Assembly: GCA_951406725.2 (NCBI GenBank)
Contig: OX597818.1
Coordinates: 102,610,001 to 102,674,000 of the forward strand
Direction of reading: 5' to 3'
Length of the DNA stretch: 64,000 bases
Origin: Octopus vulgaris
Taxonomy: Eukaryota
Shown: in pieces, positions 11,420 to 24,412 of the stretch
Position numbering within the stretch: the stretch's first letter is position 1
How the letters are laid out: the number at the start of each line of letters is the position of its first letter
Notes under the pieces: model-generated
What the model was told of the DNA's origin: nothing
Database searches by the model: none
Seen by the model: only the letters and a program-made list of their open reading frames with translations
Made by a program: the position numbers and the translations under genes

Positions 11420-13709
11420 AGGATACTTCAACCATACTCCAGGCCCAATACACCAAAAATTCCGGATGAACTCACAAAACACATAGACCCCAAAATAATA
11501 AACTTATCTAAAAGAGAACTTGACGAAAATGAAATGAACCTACTACTAAAAGGCCTCAAATTTACACCTACACCCACTCCAAACCTCATAGAACTAAACA
11601 CTGATATAGACAACTTCAGTCGCCACCTCCGCCGTATACAATTCTTTGAAAATAAAGAAACAGAAGATAACTCAATCATAAGAAAAAAATCCCATTTCAC
11701 CCCTTACAAGGGAAGTGACAAACACCTTGACGCATACATAGAGACAATATCCAAATTCCCTCTCCACACACACAAATGCAAACAGAATCTCCGCAGAGAA
11801 GAAAAACAAGCCTTACAAAAACTGAAAAATGACAAGTCAATCATTATAAAAGAAGCTGACAAAGGTGGAGCAATAGTAATTATGGATACAGATTACTACA
11901 AAGGAAAGATACTGGAGTTAATGAACAACCAGACATACTACAAATAGGAACCAACACCACCGGAGAAAGCAACAATAAAAAAAATTAGAACTTTAGTCAA
12001 TGAATACCAGGACTCCTTTACAGATAAGGAGAAAGACTATCTATGCAACTCACGAACCAAAGAAAGCAATTTTTATGGATTACCTAAAATTCATAAAAGC
12101 TCTGAAATACAGAGAGCCATAAAGGAACAGAGGAACCACTATATAAGAATACAAAGGCCTGCAGACCTCACAATGAGACCAATAGTGGCAGGACCCCAGG
12201 CACCAACACAACTAAGCCACTTCATAGATATACTCCTCAAACCTTTATGACCACAGATACCAAGCTACATAAGGGATGACATAGGCTTCCTCACACACAT
12301 TCCAAATACAGTCCCGAAAAACACCATACTTGCAAGCTTTGATGTCACAAATCTATACACAAACATACCACACACCCTAGGTCTTGAAGCTATAAAACAA
12401 TCAATAGAAAAATACAGAGAACTTATAGACGAACGGTTCAAGACAAACTTTATAACGGAAGCCACCCAACTAATACTCGAAGAAAATACATTCTCATTCA
12501 ACAGCAAGACATACCGACAGATAAAAGGCACAGCTATGTGTACAAAATTCGCACCTTCATATGCCAACCTGGTGATGGGTTTCCTGGAGAACAAACTATA
12601 TGATGAAATAGGGAAAGTCTTCGAACACGACTTCAGAGAAGACATCAAGAAAAGTGGAAACGCTACCTCGATGACTGCTTCATCTTTTGGAACAGATCAG
12701 AAGAAGACCTATGAACATTCCACAACATCCTCAATACGCTGCACCCATCTATCAACTTCACAATAGATATCAGCCACAACGAACTTTCCTTCCTAGACAT
12801 CAACATCAAAATACACAACTTCATCGTCACAACAGACATCCACTACAAAAAAACCTGACACACACCAATACTTAAATTTCCACTCCTGCCACCCATCCCA
12901 CACAAAAAGAAACATCCCATATAGTATGGCAAGACGAATATGTAGCATAGTAACTGATTCACAAATACGACTAATAAGACTAGATGAACTCAAAAACTTC
13001 ATCCTAGAGCAAAAATACCCCCTTAAACTAATAGAAAATGGAATCACAAGAGCATTAAAACTAGACATCGCACAACTCACGACACCCAAAACAAAGAAAA
13101 CATTATCCCTTTTATAAACACGCACAACCCTGGAGTTACCAACATCTTCCAAATCATACATTCAAACCTACCAATAGCCTTACAAAGCCCCAAAATGAAA
13201 AACATATTAAACAAATATAGCATAAAAAACAGTAGACGACAGGACAAAAACCTAAAGAAACACCTAACAAGAGCGAAATTCTCTTCAGAAACTAAAACGG
13301 AATTCTTTGCAAAAGAGTGCGGAGATGGGAGATGTGGGATCTGCAGCAACCCCACCTACAAATACATAGAGGGAAACAGAGAGATGAAATTTAAAAGTGG
13401 TGACATATTCAAAGTAAATGCAGATATGAACTGCAAGACGCAGAACGTTATATACTGCATAACCTGCCCCACATGCAAGGAGAATTACGTAGGGGAAACT
13501 GGTAATTCTTTGTGCCAGCGAGCCAGGATTCACCGACAACATATTCGGCAGGAAGAACTACGCAAAATACCACTACACACCTAGCTACGTGTGGAGAAGG
13601 AAAATTTAAGATCTTTCCCTTCTACAAATGTCCGAAGAACGACACCTCTTTCAGGAGGAATATGGAAAAATATTTCATAGCTAAGTTCTCCCCCAAATTA
13701 AATGGCTGA
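11420..13709 (+). pseudogene. Penelope-like RT + Cys linker + GIY-YIG endonuclease, with stops and frameshifts
   Basis: Motifs in order: IINLS..L...E..LL.KGLKFTPTP; IIIKEADKGGAIVIMD; FYGLPKIHK; RPIVAG; LASFDVTNLYTNIP; YRQIKGTAM..KFAPSYANL; WKRYLDDCF; LSFLDI; YLNFHSCHP; CGDGRCGIC; NVIYCITCPTCKENYVGETG...R..IH; RRNMEKYFI...PKLN. In-frame stops at ~11945, 12248 and 13582, plus frameshifts. Confidence 0.92.
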
Positions 13710-13724
13710 AACTTTACTCATCAA

Positions 13725-13792
13725 ACATTGAAGGACAAATCTTTCGATTTACAATATAATATAGTAGAACATTTAATATGTGTATGTATATA

Positions 13793-13845
<53 letters not shown>

Positions 13846-14325
13846 ATGTGTGTGTGTATATTACCTGTTATATACATTATATTATTTTTGTAAATTACTT
13901 GATCTTTATTTGCCAATTGTCATTCTAATTTTAACCTTCCTATAATATGCAATTTTCAAGATGGTGTAATTTGATTGTTCATTTTGAATCGATAGAAGGT
14001 GTTTTTTTCTAATATTTCATGTATAAGCATGTATATATATATTGTGACATTGAAGGACACATCTTTTGATTTACAATCTAATATAGTAGAACATTTAGTA
14101 TATGTCTGTATATGTATATATATGTGTGTGTATATATATATATATATTGCCTGTTATATACATTATATTATTTTTATAATTTACTTCATCTTTACTTTTT
14201 AATTGTCACTTTAATTTTAACTTCCCTATGATACACAATTTTCAAGATGGTGTAATTTAGTTGTTCATTTTGAAACGATAAAAGGTTTTTTTTCAAATAT
14301 TTCATGTATAAGTGTGTATATATAG
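13725..14325 (+). repeat. Two tandem ~320-bp diverged units right after the PLE stop codon
   Basis: ACATTGAAGGACA.ATCTTT.GATTTACAAT.TAATATAGTAGAACATTT starts at 13725 and again at 14047; the downstream sequence is colinear. Confidence 0.85.
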
Positions 14326-14582
14326 TGGTATAAATATCAACACAATTTTTTCCCCTTCCTCCCTTATTTTTCTTTTCCTTTTCTTTTTTTGTCTCTCCCC
14401 CCTTCTCCAAACACACAGACACACGCACACGCACACACACACACGCACACACACACACACACAAACTCACACGCACACACAGACACACACACAGACACAC
14501 AAAACGATCATAAAAAGTGGAAAGAATTCTTAAACCCAAAACGGCATTTGACCATCCTCACAATGATAAAAGGAAATATAAT

Positions 14583-14758
14583 TTATGGCCTACCTCCCCG
14601 CAACCACACATTCGGTGACACTGCGAAGTGGTCAAAGCTGAAATTCTTAGAAACCCCTTGGAGTCAATATTATGGCCTACCTCCCCGTCACCACACACTC
14701 AGTGACACTGTGAAGTGGTCAAAGCTGAAATTCTTAGAACCCCCTTGGAGTCAATATT
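14583..14758 (+). repeat. 87-bp tandem duplication
   Basis: TTATGGCCTACCTCCCCG...CCCCTTGGAGTCAATA occurs at 14583 and 14670. Confidence 0.9.
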
Positions 14759-15189
14759 CTGTCCAGCAGACCAAAAAATTCTTTCCTTCTTCTTCCCTCT
14801 CCCTTCCCCTCTTTCTCTTTAGCAACTACCTCAGATACAAACACACACACACACACATAAACATACACATACACATACACACATGTTCTCTCTCTCTCAC
14901 TTTCTCCTCATCCACCTCACCCTCTTCGACTGTCTTATTCCTCCCCACCACTACGAAACTGTATAAAATGATTAAAATTCCCCACGAAAGAATTATTTTG
15001 ATTTGAAAACCCCACTACAATGGAAGAAAGCGCTAATGATTTAAGTGATATGATATATATGTAAAAAATGTAATATATAAATAAATATATGTAAATATAA
15101 ACCATCCGATCTTCTGATTACCTCAGTTCTTCTAATATTTATATATATATATATGTGTATATATATATATATGTATATATATCTATATA

Positions 15190-15268
<79 letters not shown>

Positions 15269-15289
15269 GTATATATCTATATGTACATA

Positions 15290-15359
<70 letters not shown>

Positions 15360-15360
<1 letters not shown>

Positions 15361-15691
15361 TATTTAAGATAACTCTGAGTTCGGCATCCTTTCTGTCTCG
15401 GGAGACAATGGAGTTGCGCATTTTTTTTTTATATTTTTTTTTTATTATTTTTTTTTTGTTTATCCTCTGGTCTAGTCCGGCTGTTATATTTTATTTCCTG
15501 TTACATTTGTTGCTGTGGCTATGTAGTCCTATCCTGGACAAACACTCCCTCTGGCAGGTACTGCAAATGTAGCGAAGACTGTTCCTGGCTGGTTGTAGTG
15601 CCATGGTCTCTTGTTTATGTCTCTTCCTTTCTTTCCATTTCTCCTCTCTCTTTCTGTCACTTCTCTGTATACCCTCTTTTACTGTACGTCT
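15360..15691 (-). mobile_element. RTE-clade LINE 3' terminal segment (C-terminal zinc finger + 3' UTR)
   Basis: RRTVKEGIQRSD...YICSTCQRECLSRIGLHSHSNKC*, then 3' UTR CCATTGTCTCCCGAGACAGAAAGGATGCC, ending near (TA)n. Confidence 0.85.
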
Positions 15692-15697
15692 TGTAAT

Positions 15698-15975
15698 CTC
15701 CAAGGGGTTTCTAAGAATTTCAGCTTTGACCACTTTGCAGTGTCACCGAGTGTGTGGTTGCGGGGAGGTAGGCCATAAATTATATTTCCTTTTATCATTG
15801 TGAGGATGGTCAAATGCCGTTTTGGGTTTAAAAATTCTTTCCACTTTTTATGATCGTTTTGTGTGTCTGTGTGTGTGTCTGTGTGTGCGTGTGAGTTTGT
15901 GTGTGTGTGTGTGTGTGTGCGTGTGTGTGTGTGCGTGTGCGTGTGTCTGTGTGTTTGGAGAAGGGGGGAGAGACA
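15698..15975 (-). repeat. Inverted copy of 14390-14663
   Basis: Reverse complement is near-identical; about 3 substitutions seen plus a CA-repeat length difference. Confidence 0.95.
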
Positions 15976-16545
15976 TACAGATTACAAGAGGTGGAGAAGT
16001 TTACCTATCTGGGCTCTACCGTCACCTACAACCTATCCCTTGACGCTGAGCTCAATATACGCATTGGCAAGGCAGCTGCTGCGATGGCCCAACTCTCCAA
16101 ACGGGCTTGGGACAACAATAAGCTGACCAAGACCACAAAAATGAAGATCTACCAGGCATGTGTACTCAGCACTCTACTGTATGGTAGCGAGACCTGGACG
16201 CTATACACACGCCAAGAGCGTCGCCTAAACATCTTTCACCTGCGCTGCCTCCGAAAAATCCTCCACATCAAATGGCAGAATCATATCCCCAACAAAGATG
16301 TCCTCAGGCAAGCTGGAATACCAAGCATGTCTGCACTCCTCACACAAAGACGTATGAGATGGCTTGGGCATGTTAGCCGTATGAAAGATGGCAGAATCCT
16401 CAAGGACATACTCTACGGAGAGCTTGCTAGGGGTACTAGGTCTGTGGGTAGACCGATATTACGTTACAAGGATGTTTGCAAAAGGGATATGAAGGCCTGC
16501 AACATCAACATTAGCGGTTGGGAGGCAGTCGCCGGCAACCGTGGA

Positions 16546-16548
<3 letters not shown>
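15976..16548 (+). pseudogene. RTE-clade LINE RT C-terminal fragment (inverted relative to its 3' end)
   Basis: Open frame YRLQEVEKFTYLGS...RIGKA...LSTLLYGSETWTLY...RRMRWLGHVSRM...KDILYGEL...RYKDVCKRDMK...AGNRGE, ending in (TA)n. Confidence 0.9.
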
Positions 16549-16589
<41 letters not shown>

Positions 16590-18993
16590 TGTTTACCATA
16601 TTTGGCATGAAGCTCATGGATGGTAGATTTTTTTTAAATTTCTCGAATACCTTTTAAATCAACGATGGCCACACCTTCTTGTTATACTAAACTACCACGC
16701 CACTCTATAATATACGCTGATATTAATTTCTCTAATATTTTCACCATTTTCAACATTATGTCTCAATCTTCCATTAACCTACCTTCTGATATATAATCTA
16801 ATTTCCATTTTAAATTTAGAATCTATTTTAAATGCAAAATAGATTTTAAATTCGCAATTACATAAGAGAACAACATAAAGATAAAATGATGTTCTGCTTT
16901 TCTTTTTTTTTTTTGCAACGTAACCCAAAATATGCCACATTTAATAAGCACAATACATTTCATTACTATTATTTACTTAAAAATACGATAAGCTGGCACA
17001 ATTGTTAAAGCATAAGACAACGTCCTACAGTGCCCTGAAAACAACGTAATGTTCCTGTGTTAGATGTAGAACGAGATTCTAAAACCTATATAACTTAGGT
17101 TACCAACACTTCATGTAACTTCTCATGTTTGTTCTCTTCAAAACCCCGTTTAACAGGTTGTTTATTGAACATGCTCTTGTGAAATACGGGCGTCCTGCAT
17201 ACCAAGTGAAACCTAGGCGTATATAATTAGGAATCATATGGAACGTTTTACTCATAAAAACAGGTTTTGGAGAGGAGTGCTGCTTGAAGGCTAATATAAA
17301 ACAAATGAATTATGCAAGTAACGTGTACGCTCAACCTACTAAATATGACAAAGGCCACGCATGCTACAGGAGAATTGATTTTGATAGAATAATCTTAAAT
17401 ATAATTTTTTTTTTAAATACTTATTGTCATTAATAGAACGTATTCCAGATCAGGTTAAATTGTAAGTTAAACAACCATAGACAATGAACAGAGTAATGTT
17501 TTAAAGATTTCAAGAAGACGAATTAATTATGCGGAAAAAAGATACAGCGGATTGTATGAGATCAAGTCACGCTTGTCGGGTTCTTATGTATCTTTAGAAA
17601 CACAGCACAACATAAAACAGAAAACTTCATTAACTAGTACATGTATTTCATTGTTACAACAGACTACCAAATCGACATTTGAATGACAATATAAAACTTA
17701 GCAGCTAAGAGCCAACGAGAACGAAGTACGGGCTTTAAAAACTAAACTTTAAACGTATTTAACTCTTATCCCAACAAATTTTCAAGTCCACCATTGAGAA
17801 GTTTTGTATAAGGATACACATTGAGATCAGTTCAACTTGAAATTCCATGCTGCTTTTTATCATGCAGAGATTGATCCTGTTCATTTAAAAGTATATATTA
17901 ATTTGCACAACTATTTAACTTCGATAGGTTAATTTAAACGCTGCGAGCTATTGTAATTTTTCTAAGACATCATCACTAACAGACGTTCAGTGTTGAAAAG
18001 CACAGATTATATCGGCAGAGGACATTTCGTCAGTACTGGCAGATGAATTTGTTGTATCATGTGATTTCCCTGTAATTTGTGCTTCCGCGGTCACAGGCAT
18101 CTTAGCACCGAAACCACATGGAAATTCCGTCAAACCGATATAGTTTAATACTGATTAATCAATCGTTCATAAGGCTAATAGCTGTTGAGCTCTATATAAA
18201 TTTGCGATTAGAAACGAAAGCAGCATTTGTAAAAAGTGGTTATGATAGATGAAGTCCTGCTTATACATATATGTTCATTTCTAAATTATTCTCTTTGCAC
18301 AAGAATAAATACAAACGTTGACAGTCCAATATTTATGCGATGGAGAGATTTTGAATTGTCATATATTGTGCATTTAGTATTCAAGTATGTACTCGAAAAA
18401 GAAAACAGTTATTCTTTCTCAGAACGAAGACTAATGATAAACAATTAAAACTGATGAACAAATAACTTTCGTCCTCAGCTTTTATTTATCCGAACAATAT
18501 TTTTCTTAACATATTTACATTATTTCTAGTAAGTAATATTTTTCTGACTTCATATTGTATTCTGATTAATACATTTTTATAATACATTCAAACTTCAATG
18601 GATTTAGTCAAAATAGATCTGTCAGATGAGTTACAAATCATGAGAACTGACAAGGTGAGATATGTATTTGTTTCTTGTTGCTTAAAGAAACAACAAACGC
18701 ATTCTTCCGATAAACAGTATAACATGTACACAGTATATCACACGAGTCAATATGAACATAAATATATATATGTGTGTGTGTGTGTGTATAGATGTGTGTA
18801 TGTATATATATATATATATACAGATGTCTACATTATATATTTAAGTGTGCTTATGAATGTGTACATGAGCGTACGTCTGAATGCATAGTGTTACAATAAT
18901 ATAGATATAAATATTTAGCCGATATGATTTTTTTTTTATATTTTAGCATCATCAATTACATTCATGTAACTGTGCATACACACGCACACGTAC

Positions 18994-19099
<106 letters not shown>

Positions 19100-19127
19100 G
19101 GCGTACTCATATATGTATAGAGAGAGA

Positions 19128-19161
<34 letters not shown>

Positions 19162-19458
19162 CACATTTATAGATATTTGTAAACTTGTTTACGTATTATA
19201 ATTTATTTATATCTTCATTTATTATTATTATTATTAGCATCATTATTATTGTTATTGTTGTTGTTGTTTTTGCTGATGTTATTGTTGTTGTTGTTCTTTG
19301 TATTCATTCGGATCAGACGTTGCTATCTTTCTGTGAGTTACTTCGCCTGGATTATTGGTTATTATTTCGCATTATTTTCTGTTATAAGTTAATAAAATAA
19401 TGACGATAATTCGAATACACATGCACAACACACACACACACTCACACACACACACATA

Positions 19459-19508
<50 letters not shown>

Positions 19509-19842
19509 AAAAAAACAAGTGGTAGAATCACATTTCTATCTCCCCAATATTATTAAGCATAACCCATTTTTGCTATTTCACAACTTGTAATATTACTTCG
19601 ATATTATATTACAGCCTGAACAATTTTCATTTTAATCTGCAATTTCTTTATTGTGTGAAACACGATTTAGGCAGATGTAAGCTTATTACAGATAATAAGG
19701 ATGCAAGAGAGAACTCCTCATGAGAATGGATTTTGTTAATGCTGACCTAATTCTATATAAATTCTTACATTTTCAAACTTTGCAAAATTATTTCTACGAT
19801 TTCTTCAATGAGCCATTCCTATTAATATATTTCTTAGTGTGT

Positions 19843-19898
<56 letters not shown>

Positions 19899-20123
19899 AT
19901 AAAAGACGACGGAGTACATTCGCTTCCTATCTAATTTGTTAATCCTGTTATAAAATCGTTTCTTGTTCTTGTCTCTTTTTTTTTTACATAGAGTGTGCTC
20001 TATAAACATCTTGCATCTGTATTTTATAAACCAAGTCTCCCTCATCCCGCCTCTTCCTATCTATCTATCTATCTTTCTCCCCATTTTCTTTTCTCTTTCC
20101 ATCTCTTTCTCTCTTTCTCTCTT

Positions 20124-20166
<43 letters not shown>

Positions 20167-20332
20167 TCCTTTTTGGCGTCCCTCTGTTTTTAATAAAAAC
20201 ATAACACGTATTTTTGTCTATTTGTCACCATTGTAATTCGTTTTCCATTAACTCTTTCGAAATAGAACAAGTTTTGTTAGCATTTTTCCCAAGAAATTCC
20301 TTTTTCGGAAACATCCTTCCTTCCTTCCTTTT

Positions 20333-20375
<43 letters not shown>

Positions 20376-20376
20376 G

Positions 20377-20444
<68 letters not shown>

Positions 20445-20445
<1 letters not shown>

Positions 20446-21141
20446 TATGTTTATTTTGCTTTATTATTTGTACATTAGTTGGCTCCAAGTCTCACCCAGA
20501 GACCTCAAGAGACAACAGGGTTGGAAGTTCATGTTGTTGTTATTAGTGTATTATATATTTGGGGGGTGGGGATGTTCATACCATCAATGAATGTCTAAAA
20601 ATAAAAAAAAATACCCAAAAGGTTTTTTTTTGTTTTTTTGTTTTTAAACCGAAAATTATGTTTGTTTTCAAGATAAACCTTGAGATTACATAGAGAGTAT
20701 TTTGCGTAGGATATGAGCAGTTCCCATGAGCACTATCTTTTGAACTTCTGCCATTTTTGGGTTTCCTGGTATCTGAGTTAGGTAGCTATCAGCCCCTTTT
20801 GCTATCATTCCCAGGGCACCTATGACAACAGGTATTGTTTTGAGTCTTCAGCTTCCACATTTTGCTGATTTCTATTTCAAGATCTTTATATTTGCTCAGT
20901 TTTTGGTAGGTCTTGACAGATACGTTTATATCGATTGGGACAGTCATATCAATGAGGAGGCATGTTCTTTGTTTGAAGTTTTCAATATGATGTCTGGCCT
21001 ATTTGCATCTATCTTCCTGTCAGTTTGAATGGTGAAGTTCCAGAGGAGTGAGATGTGGTCATTTTCAAGCACTGGGGTGGTTTGTGTTCCCACCAGCACT
21101 GGGGGTGGTTTGTGTTCCCACCGGTGGTTTGTGTTCCCACC
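20445..21141 (-). mobile_element. R4/Dong-like 3' end, family B
   Basis: WWEHKPP...TDRKIDANRPDII...VIGALGMIAKGADSYLTQIPGNPKMAEVQKIVLMGTAHILRKIL; flanked by (ATT)n on both sides. Confidence 0.85.
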
Positions 21142-21205
<64 letters not shown>

Positions 21206-21216
21206 CATCATCATCA

Positions 21217-21269
<53 letters not shown>

Positions 21270-21444
21270 ATTGTTATTGTTGCTGTTGTTATTGTTATTG
21301 TTGTTATTGTTGTTATTGTTATTGTTGTTGTTGTTGTTGCTGTTGTTCTTGTTGCTGTTGCTGTTGCTGTTGTTGTTGTTGTTGCTGTTGCTGTTGTTGT
21401 TGTTGTTATTGCTATTGTTATTGTTATTGTTATTGTTATTGTCA

Positions 21445-21511
<67 letters not shown>

Positions 21512-21536
21512 CATTATTATTATTATTATTATTATG

Positions 21537-21574
<38 letters not shown>

Positions 21575-21594
21575 CATTATTATTATTATTATTA
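21142..21594. repeat. Compound (ATT)/(ATC)/(GTT)/(GCT) microsatellite
   Basis: Direct reading of the sequence. Confidence 0.95.
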
Positions 21595-21852
21595 TTCAGT
21601 AGTTTTATTTTTATAGCGTGCTTTGACTTCACTACCGAGCGCAGCTCTGTGTGACTTGGGTATGTGCTGTGATTTGTTGTGATGCTCTGATGGTTATTGT
21701 ATGGAAAGTGTTCTGCGTAGGATGTGCGCAGTGCCTAGTAGTGCAATTTTCTGTATGTTATATGTGTTTGTAAGTCCTGGTGTTTTTGTTATGTATTTGT
21801 CTGAATATTTTTTATCATGCCTAATGCACCTACTTTGATAGGAATTGTTTCT
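21595..21852 (-). mobile_element. R4/Dong-like 3' end, family A (short)
   Basis: Reverse complement of ~6215-6477 (ETIPI..GALG...IALLGTAHILRRTLSIQ + 3' UTR), lying between (ATT)n runs. Confidence 0.85.
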
Positions 21853-21873
21853 GTTTGTTTTTTGTTTTTATTA

Positions 21874-21940
<67 letters not shown>

Positions 21941-22198
21941 TATTATTATTATTATTAATGATAATGTTATTGTTGTTGTTATTGTTTAGTTTATATTGAG
22001 ATCGTAACTCTAGACGCAGACAAATCTTGGCAGTTCTGAGAAATATTACTGAATGATATAACAATTTTCTTTATCCGACAAATTAAGAAAATGGTCATTG
22101 TAACGTGTCTTCTTGTTATGTATTTGTCGAATATTTTTTATCATGCCTAATGCACCTACTTTGATAGAATTGTTTCTGTTTGTTTTTTGTTTTTATTA

Positions 22199-22262
<64 letters not shown>

Positions 22263-22430
22263 TATTATTATTATTATTATTAATGATAATGTTATTGTTG
22301 TTGTTATTGTTTAGTTTATATTGAGATCGTAACTCTAGACGCAGACAAATCTTGGCAGTTCTGAGAAATATTACTGAATGATATAACAATTTTCTTTATC
22401 CGACAAATTAAGAAAATGGTCATTGTAACG
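21787..22430 (+). repeat. ~325-bp tandem duplication (21787-22112 and 22113-22430)
   Basis: Near-identical units that include a Dong fragment, an (ATT)n run and unique flank. Confidence 0.9.
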
Positions 22431-22785
22431 TTCTTCTCTATTCAGCGTTCTAACGAATCATTATTTAATGATGATTAAATTATTCTCTCAGAAATACTAA
22501 CGTTTGATATTAGAAATAATTAAAACATCTCTGAGCATTTCTTAAATTATGGTGCTCATTTTATGGCTGTTTTTTTTCTAGAACTCCAAGATCACTGGAA
22601 CGTAAACAAACCCATAAGGGTTAACAAGCGCTGGTGGAGGACAAACTTGCACACTAACACGCACACAAAATAAAGACCCACAGACACACACACATACGCA
22701 TACAACCTACGCACATACTCACACATACATACATATATACATACATATATACATACATACATACATACATACATACATACATACA

Positions 22786-22821
<36 letters not shown>

Positions 22822-23415
22822 TAGATACATACTTAGGAGAATCTGGCTAAACTGGGATTTTCAGAAAGAGAGATCGACCATCTGATTTGTACATTACCAA
22901 TGCAATCTGTGAGTGGAAGAGTAAAAATATGCAAGTCTCTTCTCAAGTTCCAAATGTGAATTTGTCTGTGTTAATTACATCCCAAAGATGGAGCCTTGTA
23001 CCTTTGTTGGAATCCGGCTCCATCTTCAGTGAAATATATCTAACAATTGAAAAATAGTTTCCGTCTACAAAATCCGCTAATGAAGCATTGACCGGTCCCA
23101 GGCCATATTAAAAATTAGTTGTCCAAATTGCTACACATTGGGAGTGAATTCAGAACCGTGAGATCGGGTCCCTGTGACTGGATATTGGAATGATACAAAT
23201 GCCAATATTATAATCTAAATATTATTGTTAATGATTCCTAAATGCTTCCTACTATTGGCACCAGTCTTGATATCTTGGAAATGGAGGCTAGTCGATTACA
23301 ACAACCACACTGTCCAACTAGTTCTTACTTTATCGACCCCGAAAAAATAAAAGATGAAGTCGATCTCGGCATAATTTGAACTGAGGACGTAAAGCCAAAA
23401 GAAATATGACTAAGT

Positions 23416-23895
23416 ATTGGGTTGTCCGGGTGGTCCGTACCGATTTTTAAAGGAAGGAAAATGGTCAATAAATACTTGCCATTATCCAAGCTTTACCAGG
23501 TGCTCAAGAACGACGGATTGTGATAGGTTGAGGCTTTCTGCCAATTCTCGGGTTGTGCAATGTGTGTTATTCTCAATTAATGACTTCATTTGCTCATCAT
23601 ATGTAGTGCATTGTCTGCCGCTCTTTATCAATAAGGCTGCAATCTGCAGCTCGAAACCTTCTGAACCACTTCCGTACAGTTCTTTCGGATAAAGAAACAT
23701 CACCGTAAACTGCGCATATTTCTTTGGTTGCTTGTGAGGCATTTTCCCTTTACGGAAAAATAAAGGCATCAAGTGTCGAAAATGAACTTTCTTGTCTTCC
23801 ATTTTAAAGGGTCATAGAATGAACACAGGTTATAGGAACATAAACCTACTTCTATGAAAAGATAGCTTAAACTGTGCTCTAAATGGAGGTGTAGA
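23416..23895 (-). mobile_element. Internally deleted mariner (transposase N-terminus + one TIR)
   Basis: MEDKKVHFRHLM..FFRKGK...SGR...IENNTHCTTRELAESLNLSQSVVLEHLVKLG (mariner HTH region); TIR-like TATTGGGTTGTCCG at 23416. Confidence 0.75.
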
Positions 23896-24119
23896 CGTAC
23901 GAATTATGCGAAGAGGAAAATCTATTAAAAGCAAAATATGATACACGATAAAATAGTTTTGCTCGTATTTACAAAGCAACTGAATGCCGTCTTCTGTGGC
24001 TAAAATAGTTATAGTGGTGGAATACTGGCAACATATATGATTGGTATTTCATAGACTAAGAGGAAATGGTTAGACAATTCTTTAAACTTTCCATATAGAA
24101 ATACTTCTCTATATCACCG

Positions 24120-24412
24120 TGATCACCGTCACCGACCAGGCTATCAGATGTTGCTATACATCGCTGGTCACAATGCGCTCCGCATTGTTTTAGCCTTCAA
24201 ATGGCGCCACCCCGCTGGTTAAGCGAGCCGGCCTAAAGAAGAAAGGGTGAGAGAAAGTTGAGGGGAAAGAGTACAGCAGGGATCGCCAGCAGCCCCTGCT
24301 GGAGCCTCGTAGAGCTTTAGGTGTTTTCGCACAACGCCCTGTCTTTGAAATGAAACCGCGATCCTACAACCGCGAATCCGCTGCCCTAACCACTGGGCCA
24401 TTGCGCCTCCAC
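24120..24412 (-). mobile_element. tRNA-derived SINE, family-A-related
   Basis: GGAGGCGCAATGGCCCAGTGGTTAGGGCAGCGGATTCGCGGTTGTAGGATCGCGGTTTCA head, and a CACCTAAAGCTC...CTTTCTCTCAC body shared with 56427 and 63442. Confidence 0.8.

Larger units (their letters stand above)
9901..15138 (+). mobile_element. Penelope-like retroelement (Neptune-like), long and disrupted, with a repetitive 3' region; bounded by (TA)n
   Basis: RT followed by GIY-YIG endonuclease. Both ends abut TA microsatellites; the right boundary is approximate. Confidence 0.9.

Noticed and set aside
15030-15075. Hammerhead belonging to the long Penelope-like element (CTAATGA...)
   Set aside because: No GAAA or stems in register; I found no convincing hammerhead in this copy.
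17650-18200. Slightly GC-richer unique segment, possible exon or transposase relic
   Set aside because: Stops in the frames examined and no recognisable motif.
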